From: a virus
Lineage: Duplodnaviria; Caudoviricetes
Length of the DNA: 64,000 nucleotides
Reading direction: 5' to 3' (one strand)
Virus record (IMG/VR): IMGVR_UViG_3300031555_002578
Part shown: positions 54,351 to 64,000 of the stretch, piece by piece
Numbering within the stretch: position 1 is the first letter of the stretch
How the letters are laid out: the number at the start of each line of letters is the position of its first letter
The notes under the pieces: generated by a model
Databases searched by the model: none
Told to the model about the DNA's origin: nothing
The model's input: the letters and a program-made list of their open reading frames with translations, nothing else
Translations under genes and position numbers: made by a program

Positions 54351-55107
54351 TAAAGACACACTAGCACCATTTTTATTATATAGTCAACCAATTCCATTTA
54401 ATGAACAAATCACATTATATCCTATTACAATGAAAAATATAATGGAATTTCAAATGTATTCTCGTTCAATAACATTTCGTAAAGATAGCAGATTTGGTAT
54501 TAAAGAGATTATTAAGATGACATATCTTGATTTTTTATTTTATGCCATGCTTCATCCTGAACTATCTGAATTAGTAGAAGATACTCCAGATTTGGGCAAA
54601 TTCTTCTTTTATACAATTAATCTTCTTGGGCTTGTGTGTAAAGACCAACCTCTTGATATTAATGATGAAGGACAGATTAGGATAAATAATTATGTGATTA
54701 ATGCAGATGAGTTTGATGATATAAGAAGAATTATCATTTTGCAAAATGGTATAGATTTTGATATAGATGAGTTTCTGAATTATGAAACTGAAAAAAGACT
54801 TCAAAAGGCACAGAAAGATATGAATAAAGGAAATGATACTGTTACAGTAGAAGATTATATTGATTCTCTGTGTTTAGTATTAAATGTTTCTGAGCAAACA
54901 ATTATGGATATGTCTATTCGTAAATTTTGGAGACTTATAAAAAGACATGAACTTCATGAAACGTACACCATTATGAAAACTGGTGAGTGTTCTGGTATGG
55001 TTAAATTTAAAGACCCTATCAAACATTGGATGCGTTCTATTGAAGAAGAAGATAAATATGCTCATCTGAAAGCAGATGAAAATGAACTTAAAGGTAAGAT
55101 AGGTTAA
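54340..55107 (+). CDS. tail assembly protein/chaperone candidate
   Basis: GGTGGTG SD before GTG; RRIIILQN, MSIRKF, KHW motifs. Confidence 0.6.
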   Translation: MVFNKDTLAPFLLYSQPIPFNEQITLYPITMKNIMEFQMYSRSITFRKDSRFGIKEIIKMTYLDFLFYAMLHPELSELVEDTPDLGKFFFYTINLLGLVCKDQPLDINDEGQIRINNYVINADEFDDIRRIIILQNGIDFDIDEFLNYETEKRLQKAQKDMNKGNDTVTVEDYIDSLCLVLNVSEQTIMDMSIRKFWRLIKRHELHETYTIMKTGECSGMVKFKDPIKHWMRSIEEEDKYAHLKADENELKGKIG

Positions 55108-55154
55108 TCCCTATCTTTATTTTTTTTTGTAAAAAAGAAAGTGAGGACATAACA

Positions 55155-56162
55155 ATGGCAAATGAAAACAGCAATGTAAAATCTTTCCTTGTTTCTACTG
55201 CTGACTTTGCGTTCTATGTAAATGATGTACTGGCTTGTACAGGTACAGCAAACCTGAATACTTCCCTAGAAGTATCTATGCAGGAACAGAATGTAAACGG
55301 TGGTAAATACAATAAACTGCTGTACACATTCCTGTACAACAGAGAACTATCTGCTACACTAGAAGCGGCTAACTGGGATTTAAGATATATCGCAGCAAAT
55401 GTAGGTTCTACAATCACAGAAGGTCTGACAGATGTTTACAAAATTGAAGAATGCGTAGATATCGTAGGTGGCGTAGGTACTCTGGCTTCTACTCCTATTG
55501 GCAATGTTGCAGTAATGTTAGCAGATGGTAATATTATTGAAGTAACACCTGAAGGTTCTGTAATTGATGTTTCTGGTAATGTGACAGAAGGTATGGTTAA
55601 AGCAACATACAGATATAATACAGTTGCTAGAACAGTAACAATCGATGCTGATACAACCCCTTATGTTGGTAAACTGGTTCTGGATGCAGATAGACACAAC
55701 AACAAAGTTGGTAAAGTTGGTTCTGTTCAGATTATCATTCCTTCTTACCAACTGACAGGTAACTTCTCCATCTCCTTCTCTGCTGATGGTGTATCTAGTA
55801 CAAATCTGGACGGTAAAGCACTGGCTGTAGCAGGTGAAAAATGCTCTGACGGTTCTTCCGTATATGCTCTAATCAAAGAATTTGATATGACAGCAACAGC
55901 AATGGCTGTAACAGACATTGCCGCTACACCTTCTGTAATGAATATTGCAGTAGACGAAGAAAAAGCAATCTCTGTTAAAGGTCTGAAAGGTGGCATGTAT
56001 GCTCCTATCGAACTAGACAATGCTGATTGTGAATTCACAGTTGCAGAAGCAGGTATTGCTACAGTAACAGGTGGCGTTGTTAAAGGTGTTTCCGCAGGTA
56101 CAACAAATGTAGTTGTTGCTTACGGTGAATATCAGGATGTTGTTCAAGTAACAGTAGCCTAA
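55155..56162 (+). CDS. major tail protein with C-terminal Ig-like (Big_2) domain
   Basis: IATVTGGVVKGVSAGTTNVVV Ig motif; strong codon bias; terminator 56173-56200. Confidence 0.85.
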   Translation: MANENSNVKSFLVSTADFAFYVNDVLACTGTANLNTSLEVSMQEQNVNGGKYNKLLYTFLYNRELSATLEAANWDLRYIAANVGSTITEGLTDVYKIEECVDIVGGVGTLASTPIGNVAVMLADGNIIEVTPEGSVIDVSGNVTEGMVKATYRYNTVARTVTIDADTTPYVGKLVLDADRHNNKVGKVGSVQIIIPSYQLTGNFSISFSADGVSSTNLDGKALAVAGEKCSDGSSVYALIKEFDMTATAMAVTDIAATPSVMNIAVDEEKAISVKGLKGGMYAPIELDNADCEFTVAEAGIATVTGGVVKGVSAGTTNVVVAYGEYQDVVQVTVA

Positions 56163-56220
56163 TTGAATATTTGAGGGGAGTTCCCTCCCCTCTTTCTTTT
56201 AAATAAGGAGGTATCCAATT

Positions 56221-56478
56221 ATGGAAGAAAAAATGAATATTGAACCTACAGTTATTGAAGAACCTAAAAAAACAAAACCTAAAAAACCAACACTGAAAAA
56301 TAAAGAATGTAAAGTTTTACGCTTTAATAAAAAACATAGAACACTAGATATTATGTTTGATGAATTCGGACTACACTTTAATGGTGTAAAAAATGATTAC
56401 TCTAATGTTGAAACAGTAAATGTTAAATATAAAGGTACTATTGGTAAGGCTAATTTTAGTTATCAGTTAGATGAATGA
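56221..56478 (+). CDS. hypothetical protein
   Basis: AGGAGG SD. Confidence 0.8.
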   Translation: MEEKMNIEPTVIEEPKKTKPKKPTLKNKECKVLRFNKKHRTLDIMFDEFGLHFNGVKNDYSNVETVNVKYKGTIGKANFSYQLDE

Positions 56479-56657
56479 TTATGTGTAAACATTGTTTTAA
56501 GAAGATGAATGACAGAACACAAAAAGAAATGTATTACTGTCAGTTATTAATGAGTGAGAAAAATGATTTGGGGAGATTATGTCAATTTCAAAGATATTGT
56601 AAAGATGAAAAAGGATATATTTTAAACGACCCAAAGCGTTGCAAAAATTATATGTGA
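56475..56657 (+). CDS. small Cys-rich protein
   Basis: CKHC...C...CQFQRYC...C. Confidence 0.7.
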   Translation: MIMCKHCFKKMNDRTQKEMYYCQLLMSEKNDLGRLCQFQRYCKDEKGYILNDPKRCKNYM

Positions 56658-56658
56658 G

Positions 56659-56760
56659 TTTGAATAAGAGTGTTGGAAATATAAATATGGGCAGGTGCTA
56701 CATGAAAATCTTATTCAAATATAGATTAATGGTTATTATGTACTACTTGCCCATTTTTTA
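56659..56760 (+). promoter_or_regulatory. terminator hairpin with alternative 11-bp pairing (attenuator/pseudoknot candidate)
   Basis: Stem 56687-56705/56738-56754 + T run; TTTGAATAAGA 56659-56669 complementary to TCTTATTCAAA 56709-56719. Confidence 0.45.
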
Positions 56761-56780
56761 CGATTTTATGAGGTGGACGT

Positions 56781-56978
56781 ATGAGTAAGACAAAAGTATA
56801 TGATAAAGAATACGCCACTCAGTTTAAAAATGAGATGTTGTATTTGAAAGAATGTGGTATCCCCTACTCTTGGGTGAATCAAGATAGTGAAACAGGGGTG
56901 TCTACTTGGAAATATAAAAAGACAGTAGAATTATTTACTGCTCTTGCTAAGTTTTATGAGAATGTTTATTACAGATGA
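56781..56978 (+). CDS. small hypothetical protein (DUF5659-like)
   Basis: GAGGTGG SD; YLKECGI.Y...WKYKKT.ELF.AL. Confidence 0.7.
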   Translation: MSKTKVYDKEYATQFKNEMLYLKECGIPYSWVNQDSETGVSTWKYKKTVELFTALAKFYENVYYR

Positions 56979-56981
56979 GAG

Positions 56982-58172
56982 TTGATTTATATGGGGAGAG
57001 AATATTATTTAGATAATGCTGCTACAACTGAAGTTTATTCTGAAGTTATTGATACAATTTCTAATGTTATGCGTGATGTATATGGAAATCCTTCAAGTAT
57101 ACATCGTAAAGGAAATCAGGCACAAGAAATTGTAGATAAAGCAAGACAAATCATTGCCGATTATATTAATTGTGAACCAGAAGAAATTATTTTTACATCT
57201 GGTGCGTGTGAAGCAAATAGTTTGGCTATTTTAGGATACATGAAACAAAGATGGCATGGTATGACCGTATTTTGTACATCTCCTATTGAACACAAATCTA
57301 TTATATCTATTGTAGATGGATACGATTTTGAAACTTGGAAAGCAGATTCTTGTTTTGAAATGTTAAAAGTAGATGAGAATGGTTTCGTAGATAATTTGGA
57401 TATGAATGCAATTTTGGCAAATATATATCAAGATGGGTATACACCATTTGTTTCTATTCAAGCTGCTAATAGTGAGATTGGGACATGTCAAAACATTAAA
57501 GAAATTGCTGAAATTACGCACAGATACGGAGGTATCTTCCATTGTGATGCTACACAACTATTTCCACATCAACGCATTGATGTAAAGAAACTTGATATCG
57601 ATATGATGAGTATGTCTGGTCAGAAAATTCATGCACCTAAAGGTATTGGTTTTTTATATGTTAAAGAAGGTATTGAATTAGAACCTTTAATTTATGGTTC
57701 TCAAGAAAAAGGTATTCGTGGTGGCACAGAAAACGTTCCTTATATAGCAGGTCTTGCAAAGGCTATTGAATTATTAGATTTTAAATTTAAAGTTACTGTA
57801 AATCCAGAGATTTTTCATGTAAGAAATTATATGGAACATCAATTAAAAAAGAAAATTAAAAATTGTATGATTAACAATGATTGGGGCTGTTGTTTGCCAA
57901 ATCTTATCAATATTTCATTCAAAGATATTGATGCTCAAGATTTAATTACTTTATTGGATGCAGAAGATATTTATGTATCAGTTGGTTCTGCATGTAATTC
58001 TGGTAGCACAGAACCTTCTTATGTATTAAAAGCAATTAATGTACCTGACGAATATATTATGGGAACAATTAGAATCACTCTGCCAGATGATTTTGAATAT
58101 GATGATGTAGACTATATTGTTAGTAGAATTGCTTACTATATAAATAATTTAAGAATGTTTGGAGAGAAATAA
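56982..58172 (+). CDS. iscS: cysteine desulfurase (NifS/IscS family)
   Basis: YLDNAATT, GNPSS, FTSG, HCDATQ, SGQKIHAPKG (PLP Lys), GSAC (catalytic Cys). Confidence 0.92.
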   Translation: MIYMGREYYLDNAATTEVYSEVIDTISNVMRDVYGNPSSIHRKGNQAQEIVDKARQIIADYINCEPEEIIFTSGACEANSLAILGYMKQRWHGMTVFCTSPIEHKSIISIVDGYDFETWKADSCFEMLKVDENGFVDNLDMNAILANIYQDGYTPFVSIQAANSEIGTCQNIKEIAEITHRYGGIFHCDATQLFPHQRIDVKKLDIDMMSMSGQKIHAPKGIGFLYVKEGIELEPLIYGSQEKGIRGGTENVPYIAGLAKAIELLDFKFKVTVNPEIFHVRNYMEHQLKKKIKNCMINNDWGCCLPNLINISFKDIDAQDLITLLDAEDIYVSVGSACNSGSTEPSYVLKAINVPDEYIMGTIRITLPDDFEYDDVDYIVSRIAYYINNLRMFGEK

Positions 58173-58622
58173 GTGTCAGATAGAAGTAAATATAATGTAT
58201 CTAAAGATACTGAAAAGAGAACTTATGATGGAATAGTTTTTGATTCTGTTGTTGAAATGAAATATTATCGTGATGTTCTTTGTCCAAAAGTATCAAGTGG
58301 AGATGTTGTTTCATTTGAATTACAAAAGACGTATGAACTACAGCCAAAATTTGTACATAATGGTAAAACAATTCAGTCAATTAAATATGTGGCTGATTTT
58401 TTTATTGTTTATAAAGATGGACATGAAGAAGTGATAGATACTAAAGGATATCCTGATTCTTTGGCTAAAATGAAAAAGAAAATGTTCATATATAAATATC
58501 CTGATATTGATTATACATGGATATGTTATGTAAAAAAATATGGTGGATGGATTACATATGAAGAATATCAAACATTTCAACGTGAAGAAAAGAAAAAGAA
58601 AAAATTGGAGGGCAAAAAATAA
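58173..58622 (+). CDS. DUF1064 family PD-(D/E)xK nuclease
   Basis: SKYN, DGIVFDS..E, LQ..YEL, YVADF, IDTKG. Confidence 0.85.
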   Translation: MSDRSKYNVSKDTEKRTYDGIVFDSVVEMKYYRDVLCPKVSSGDVVSFELQKTYELQPKFVHNGKTIQSIKYVADFFIVYKDGHEEVIDTKGYPDSLAKMKKKMFIYKYPDIDYTWICYVKKYGGWITYEEYQTFQREEKKKKKLEGKK

Positions 58623-58846
58623 TGCCTTTAGTATTAGTGGATGAATGTTGTTCTTGTGCTTCTGGTGGGTATCCATGCAGAGGTAATTTATGTCCTTTAA
58701 GGAATGTTCCACACTTATTATGTGATGATTGTGGAGAAGAAACAACGTTATATTATTATGAAGATGAAATGTTATGTCTTGATTGTATTAAAGATAGATT
58801 GCATGAAGTTGATATAAGAGAGGTAGATATAGATGAATACTATTAA
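58622..58846 (+). CDS. small Cys-rich zinc-binding protein
   Basis: ECCSC...C...C...CDDC...CLDC. Confidence 0.75.
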   Translation: MPLVLVDECCSCASGGYPCRGNLCPLRNVPHLLCDDCGEETTLYYYEDEMLCLDCIKDRLHEVDIREVDIDEYY

Positions 58847-59090
58847 ATTATGGATTGCCATGAAGAAAAAAGAAATTGAATTTAAATTGATGGCTTATAC
58901 ATATGGTATTAGATTTATGGATGAAAAAGAAGATTTAGTTAAATCTCTTTGGAACATTTATGAAGTTATGAAGAAAACTCCTATGAATGAGTTACAAGAT
59001 AGATTTATTATTGAAATGGCATCTTTAGCACATGAACAAGCACAAAAAGAAAGACAAAAAGAAAAAGAAGAAATGAATGATGCTGAATGA
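58833..59090 (+). CDS. hypothetical protein
   Basis: GAGGT SD. Confidence 0.75.
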   Translation: MNTIKLWIAMKKKEIEFKLMAYTYGIRFMDEKEDLVKSLWNIYEVMKKTPMNELQDRFIIEMASLAHEQAQKERQKEKEEMNDAE

Positions 59091-59575
59091 AGTTAAAAGC
59101 ATTTGATATAAAAAAATTAAGATATCCTAATTCTAATTTGACTTATGAGCAAGTTCTAAGAAATGAAATTCATAGGTTTAAAGATATATTGCAGAAATAT
59201 ATTGTTGCTTATTATAATTCATATTCTCCAAATGTATATATTAGAAAATCACATGGGGGAAATTTATTAGAATCTTTAACTGTTGATGATATTGTACAGA
59301 TTTCAGCAAATGGAAAACAACTGATTTGTAAAGTTTTAATTAATGAGAATGCAATTCACACTTCTGTTGTTGATAAAAAAAGTTATGGCAATGCTTTCTG
59401 GCTTATGAATTATGGTTGGGAAGTTGGAGAAGATGTGTCATTTCATGATAGATATAGATTTGGTTATTTTGAAGGTGCTCATTTCTTGGAAAGTGCAATT
59501 GAGGAATTTAAAAATACAAATAAATATGGTCTTACAATAAAAATTGAAGAACCATTAATGTTTTATGGATATTAA
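59087..59575 (+). CDS. tail completion-like protein
   Basis: YYNSYSP.VYIR...L; HFLESA; position before tape measure. Confidence 0.55.
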   Translation: MKLKAFDIKKLRYPNSNLTYEQVLRNEIHRFKDILQKYIVAYYNSYSPNVYIRKSHGGNLLESLTVDDIVQISANGKQLICKVLINENAIHTSVVDKKSYGNAFWLMNYGWEVGEDVSFHDRYRFGYFEGAHFLESAIEEFKNTNKYGLTIKIEEPLMFYGY

Positions 59576-59627
59576 CAGACTGGGCTTAATCACCAGTCTT
59601 TTTTAATTTAAAGGAAGGTGATAAACA

Positions 59628-62600
59628 ATGCCTAGAAATGTGGATGGCGAAATCATTGTTGGTATTGATATACCTGCGTCAACCAAAATTGTAGAATCTG
59701 ACATAAGAAAATTATTGCAAAATTTAACAACTCTTGAAGCAAAAATAAATCATGCTGATTTAACGGATAATGCAAAACAAGAGTTGAGAAAACAAATAAA
59801 TGATATTAAAAATTTAACAGCAAATGTGGAACATCTTGCCTTAGATGATACTGCTAAACAAGAATTCAGAAATGCTGTTGGAAAAGTAAATAATTTAACT
59901 GCAAACATACAAAATGTTAAGTTAGACCCCTCTTTTCAAAAAAATTTACAGACTGCTTTAAATGGTCTAACTGGTCTTACAATTAATATTAGCGGATTCA
60001 ATATTAATCCTAATGCAGTTAAAAATGCAGGTCAACAAGTAGGGAAATTAATAAGTGATTCTGCAATGAAAACGATTGACAGAGTTACTTCTGAAGGAAT
60101 TGAGATTCCTTTTACTGTTTCTTCTCAAGGTAGCCAAGCATTTAAAGACCAAATGAAGAAATTAGTTGCTGATTGGACTAATAATAAAGGTGCTTTAACC
60201 GATATCAAGATTAATACATCTACTTCTTGGGATAATAAATTACAACAAAATGTTGAAAAATTAACTGGAGCAGTTGTAACATATAATAATGAACTTGGTG
60301 AAACAATTCAAAAACATATTGCTTTAAGAAAAATTGGTGAAGGTACTGATAAAAAAGGCAATAAAGTTGATAAAATGGGATTTGTTGAAACAAGTGCCAT
60401 TTATCGAAAAACTTTGAACGTTGCTTCTGTTGCAATGGACAAGTTTGAATCAAAACAAAAAATTGCTTCTGCAAGGATTGAAAACAATCTTAAAAGATTA
60501 GCAAGAGAATATTCTGACCCAAATGCATCTAAACCAATTAATGAACAAGGACACATTTCTTCTCTTGCAACGCAGTATGATAAGGTAAAACAGGCTATTG
60601 CTGATATGCGTTCTGCAAGTAAAGATACTTTTGTAGATGCAGAATTAGAAGCAAAGAAACAGATTTCTATTTTACAAAGTTTAGTAAAAGAATATAGAAA
60701 TGCTGAAACTGTTGCAAGTAAAATGAAAGCAGTTGATATTAGTTCTGGTGTACAGATTGCAACTGCTGATTTCAATAAACTTAAAGCAGATGCACAAGGT
60801 TTGGGCTTAGATATTACTAAATTAGAGAAAGCATTTGAAAATTTAGAAAAAACTCAAACTGCAAGTAATTTAAATGTTTTTAATGATGCATTAAGAACTT
60901 CTCGTGCTGAATTACAAGCATTAAAATCACAAATCAATGCTGATAGCAAACAAGAAATTTTTAATGTAAAAAAACAAGGATTAACAGAAGCCATTAAAGA
61001 ATGGAAGAAATTACATCCTGAAGCAAAAAATTTTAATAAAGAAATTGATGGTGTTAATACTACTGTTGATAGTTTATTAAAAAGATTAAAAAAAGTATCT
61101 ACAGATGCAGACCTTAGAGGAATTACATCTGTTTGGGAAATGTATTCTAAGTCTGCTGAAAAAGCATATAAAGATACTGAAAAAATATATCAACTTGCAG
61201 ACATAACTGCAAAAAATCTTCTTCATATTTCTGTACCACAGAGAGGTACAAATAATGTAATGCCAGTAATTGAAAAAATGGCTAGAGATAATAATTGGTC
61301 AAATTTCAATGTTAGTGGTGTTCAAGAAGACGATGGCAAGATTAAAAAATTAACTCTTACAGTTACAGAAGCAACTGGAGAAATTAAGAAATTTAATCTT
61401 GAAAGAAGAAAAATGCAAAGTGGCGGTCAAAACTTTAATGGATTGCTCCAAGTTGGAGATGTACAAGTTATTAAAACTGCTACTCAAGCACAATATGAAT
61501 TAAATAAAGCACAGAGAGAATCTGATGCAAAAACATTATTCTCCAGACAAAAAGAAGCATATCAAGAAATTTGGAATATCAGAAAACAACTTGCAAAATT
61601 GGATGAAACTGATGAAACTAATTATGCTCATGTTCAAGCACTTAAAGAAGAAGAAAAAGTCTGGAAAGATATTTGTGAAAGTGCGACTTTACAGTTAAGA
61701 CTTTATGAAGATATTATAACAGCACAAGAACGTTCTGTTGCTTTAAGTGAAATTAAAGATAAAGCACAAAGTAATATCAATATTCAACAAGGCAAAGATG
61801 CATCTAAAATTGCAAAAGCAGAACAACAAGAAGATATTGCAATTGCAAATAAATTACTTTCTGACCAAAAAAGAAAATATGAAGAAATTTGGAAGATAGA
61901 AAAGCAGATTGCATATGCAAGTGAAAATGGTAAAACAAATCTTGTTTCTCAATTATCAAGTAGAAAATCTGATTTAGAAAAAGAATATTCCATCATTTCT
62001 AAAGAATTAGATAAATATGATGCAATTATTGATAGAGAAGAACAATCTGCGAAATTAGCAGATGTTCGTGCAAAAGCAGAACATGAAATTTTATCTATTA
62101 CTGCAAAAGAATTAGATAAAATGAATGATATTGCTAAAAAGGAAGAAGAACGTTTAGCAAAGAAAGCACAATCTGACCATGATGCTAAACAAGCCATGTA
62201 TGAAAAATTATGGTTTGATTATGATAATGGAAATCTTAATAAAGTAAAAACAATCGATGATAATGTAGCAAATAATACATATGCTACACAAATCAACGAT
62301 TTAATTACTAAATATAAACAATATGGCTTAACTGTTGACCAAGCAGAAGATAAAGTAAGAGAATTACGTTCTACTTTGGCAACAATGAGTAATGCTGATA
62401 AGTCTGCTGAAGAAAGAATCAAAGCAGAAGAACGTTATCAACAGGCATTAAAAAAAAGTCAAAATGAAGTAAAAGTGTATTCTCAAAATCAACGTGGTCT
62501 TGCCACAGACCAACAGCGTTTGGCTTTGGCAAATACTATGGAAGCATTTTTACAGAAAAATACTAGAATTACTGCAAAAGCAAGACAAGAAACAGAAATG

Positions 62601-63878
62601 TATATTGCCACTCTTAGAAATTTAAATTCTGAGATGACAGTAGTTGCTAAGAACGAAATTAATAATTCTTTTAAACAGATGCAGAATAATATGCGTGTTC
62701 TTGGCAAACTTGGCTATGCCTTAAAAGACCAGATGAAACAAGCAACTGGTAGTTTTGTTCAATGGTTCTCTGTAAGTAATTTGGTTATGAGTGGCATTTA
62801 TCATGGTAGAAGTGCCATTACAGAACTTAAAGAAATTGATACATACTTAACAGAAATTAGCAAGGCTAATAATGAGTTAACAAAATCTGAACTTGCAGAT
62901 ATTGGTAATCGTTCTTTTGATATTGCAAGTAATTATGGTAAAACTGCTACAGACTTCTTATCTGCTGTACAAGAAGCATCTCGTGCAGGTTATAAAAACG
63001 CAGAAGGAATTGCTGAATTATCTACTGCGGCTCAAGGTGCAGGTGACATGACTTCTGATGTTGCAAATCAAATGTTAATTGCAACAGATAAAGCATATAA
63101 AATGAATGGTGCTGTTGATTTATTAAGAAATACCCTTGATGGTATGAACTTTATTACTAACAACAATGCCGTTAATATGACTGAATTATCTGAGGGTATG
63201 ACAATTGTTGCATCCACTGCCGCTTCTTTTGGTGTTGGTGTTAATGAATTAACAGCAGCATTAGGTACAATGTCTGCAACAACACAGCAAAGTGGTTCTG
63301 AAGTTGCTCGTGCTTTTAGGGCTATCCTCTTAAATATCAGACAAGTTTCTGATGAAGAAGAAGGAATTGATGCAGAAGGTTTAACAAAATATGAAAGAGC
63401 ATGTAATGCTTTAGGGGTTAAATTAAAAGAAACAAAAGATGGGGTTCTTTCTTTGCGTGACCCTATGGAAGTTTTGAAAGAATTATCTGAAGAATATGTT
63501 AAACTTGATGAAAGTGATATCCGTAGAACTAATTTACTGAATTCTGTCGGTGGTAAACTAAGAGCAACACAATTAGATGCTTTATTACGTCAATGGTCTA
63601 TGTATGAAAAGATGCTTGGCGAATATGAAGCAGGTATCGGCTCAATGGCAGTCGAAGCAGAAAAAACTGCTAACTCTTGGGAAGGTAGTTTAAATCGTTT
63701 AAGTAATACTTTTGCTGACACTATTGGCAATATTGCAAATTCTGATGGTGTGATTACACTCATCAATTCTTTAAATGAATTATTACAAATTATAAATAAA
63801 TTAACTGATTCTTTAGGGTCTTTTGGCTCTATTGGTATGATTGGTTCTGCCATTTTAGGCGGTAAAGGGTTAGGATAA
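59628..63878 (+). CDS. tail tape measure protein (TP901-type core), probably 5' exon of a split gene
   Basis: Long helical protein; C-terminal ELKEIDT.LTEI.K, ATTQQSGSEVARAFR, VGGK.RA core. Confidence 0.9.
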   Translation: MPRNVDGEIIVGIDIPASTKIVESDIRKLLQNLTTLEAKINHADLTDNAKQELRKQINDIKNLTANVEHLALDDTAKQEFRNAVGKVNNLTANIQNVKLDPSFQKNLQTALNGLTGLTINISGFNINPNAVKNAGQQVGKLISDSAMKTIDRVTSEGIEIPFTVSSQGSQAFKDQMKKLVADWTNNKGALTDIKINTSTSWDNKLQQNVEKLTGAVVTYNNELGETIQKHIALRKIGEGTDKKGNKVDKMGFVETSAIYRKTLNVASVAMDKFESKQKIASARIENNLKRLAREYSDPNASKPINEQGHISSLATQYDKVKQAIADMRSASKDTFVDAELEAKKQISILQSLVKEYRNAETVASKMKAVDISSGVQIATADFNKLKADAQGLGLDITKLEKAFENLEKTQTASNLNVFNDALRTSRAELQALKSQINADSKQEIFNVKKQGLTEAIKEWKKLHPEAKNFNKEIDGVNTTVDSLLKRLKKVSTDADLRGITSVWEMYSKSAEKAYKDTEKIYQLADITAKNLLHISVPQRGTNNVMPVIEKMARDNNWSNFNVSGVQEDDGKIKKLTLTVTEATGEIKKFNLERRKMQSGGQNFNGLLQVGDVQVIKTATQAQYELNKAQRESDAKTLFSRQKEAYQEIWNIRKQLAKLDETDETNYAHVQALKEEEKVWKDICESATLQLRLYEDIITAQERSVALSEIKDKAQSNINIQQGKDASKIAKAEQQEDIAIANKLLSDQKRKYEEIWKIEKQIAYASENGKTNLVSQLSSRKSDLEKEYSIISKELDKYDAIIDREEQSAKLADVRAKAEHEILSITAKELDKMNDIAKKEEERLAKKAQSDHDAKQAMYEKLWFDYDNGNLNKVKTIDDNVANNTYATQINDLITKYKQYGLTVDQAEDKVRELRSTLATMSNADKSAEERIKAEERYQQALKKSQNEVKVYSQNQRGLATDQQRLALANTMEAFLQKNTRITAKARQETEMYIATLRNLNSEMTVVAKNEINNSFKQMQNNMRVLGKLGYALKDQMKQATGSFVQWFSVSNLVMSGIYHGRSAITELKEIDTYLTEISKANNELTKSELADIGNRSFDIASNYGKTATDFLSAVQEASRAGYKNAEGIAELSTAAQGAGDMTSDVANQMLIATDKAYKMNGAVDLLRNTLDGMNFITNNNAVNMTELSEGMTIVASTAASFGVGVNELTAALGTMSATTQQSGSEVARAFRAILLNIRQVSDEEEGIDAEGLTKYERACNALGVKLKETKDGVLSLRDPMEVLKELSEEYVKLDESDIRRTNLLNSVGGKLRATQLDALLRQWSMYEKMLGEYEAGIGSMAVEAEKTANSWEGSLNRLSNTFADTIGNIANSDGVITLINSLNELLQIINKLTDSLGSFGSIGMIGSAILGGKGLG

Positions 63879-64000
63879 ACATAGTTTACTGTCCCCTTCT
63901 ATAAGATTATATATAATGCCATATAATTAACATAGAGGGTGTTTTACAAGATTATTCGTTGATTGAGTAAACTAACCTTGGATTGAAATATCCTAAATTG
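63877..64000 (+). mobile_element. 5' end of putative group I intron in tape measure gene
   Basis: GGAT|AAACATAGTTTACTGTCC: U.G P1 pairing, with the U being the first base of the in-frame TAA. Confidence 0.5.

Noticed and set aside
1-64000. Stop-codon reassignment
   Set aside because: Core genes are intact under code 11 and end in TAA, TGA and TAG; tRNA-Trp has CCA, and no suppressor tRNA is seen

Overview
Very AT-rich segment of a large SPbeta/c-st-like siphovirus genome, most likely infecting a clostridial (Bacillota) host. It has three parts. (1) 1-28.2 kb is a leftward early arm of about 70 mostly small, often acidic ORFs. They are organised as cassettes, each driven by a near-consensus SigA promoter (about 25 found), most with a shared palindromic operator. 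Recognisable products include two XRE HTHs, a P22 gp17 homologue, a MucR-type zinc finger, a DGQHR/ParB-like protein, SprT, YodL and DnaJ. A ~300-nt multi-hairpin RNA heads the arm. (2) 28.3-30.5 kb is an ORF-free strand-switch region densely tiled with at least six distinct families of repeated sites (LexA-like, ARG-box-like, 12 CymR/IscR(Rrf2)-like boxes, 3 perfect DnaA boxes and others) plus two sso-like hairpins. It is a candidate origin and/or host-transcription-factor decoy array, and the most novel signal in the window. (3) 30.5-64 kb is a rightward arm: DUF3825, wHTH protein, deaminase, YonO-like single-subunit RNA polymerase, beta-CASP nuclease, ClpP, YonK, metallophosphoesterase, HU, initiator tRNA-Met and tRNA-Trp, HNH, tyrosine recombinase, terminase, portal, scaffold, capsid, head-tail and tail genes, cysteine desulfurase, DUF1064, and a tape-measure gene that appears to be interrupted by a group I intron at the window edge. 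All family assignments are from motif recognition by eye, not database searches.
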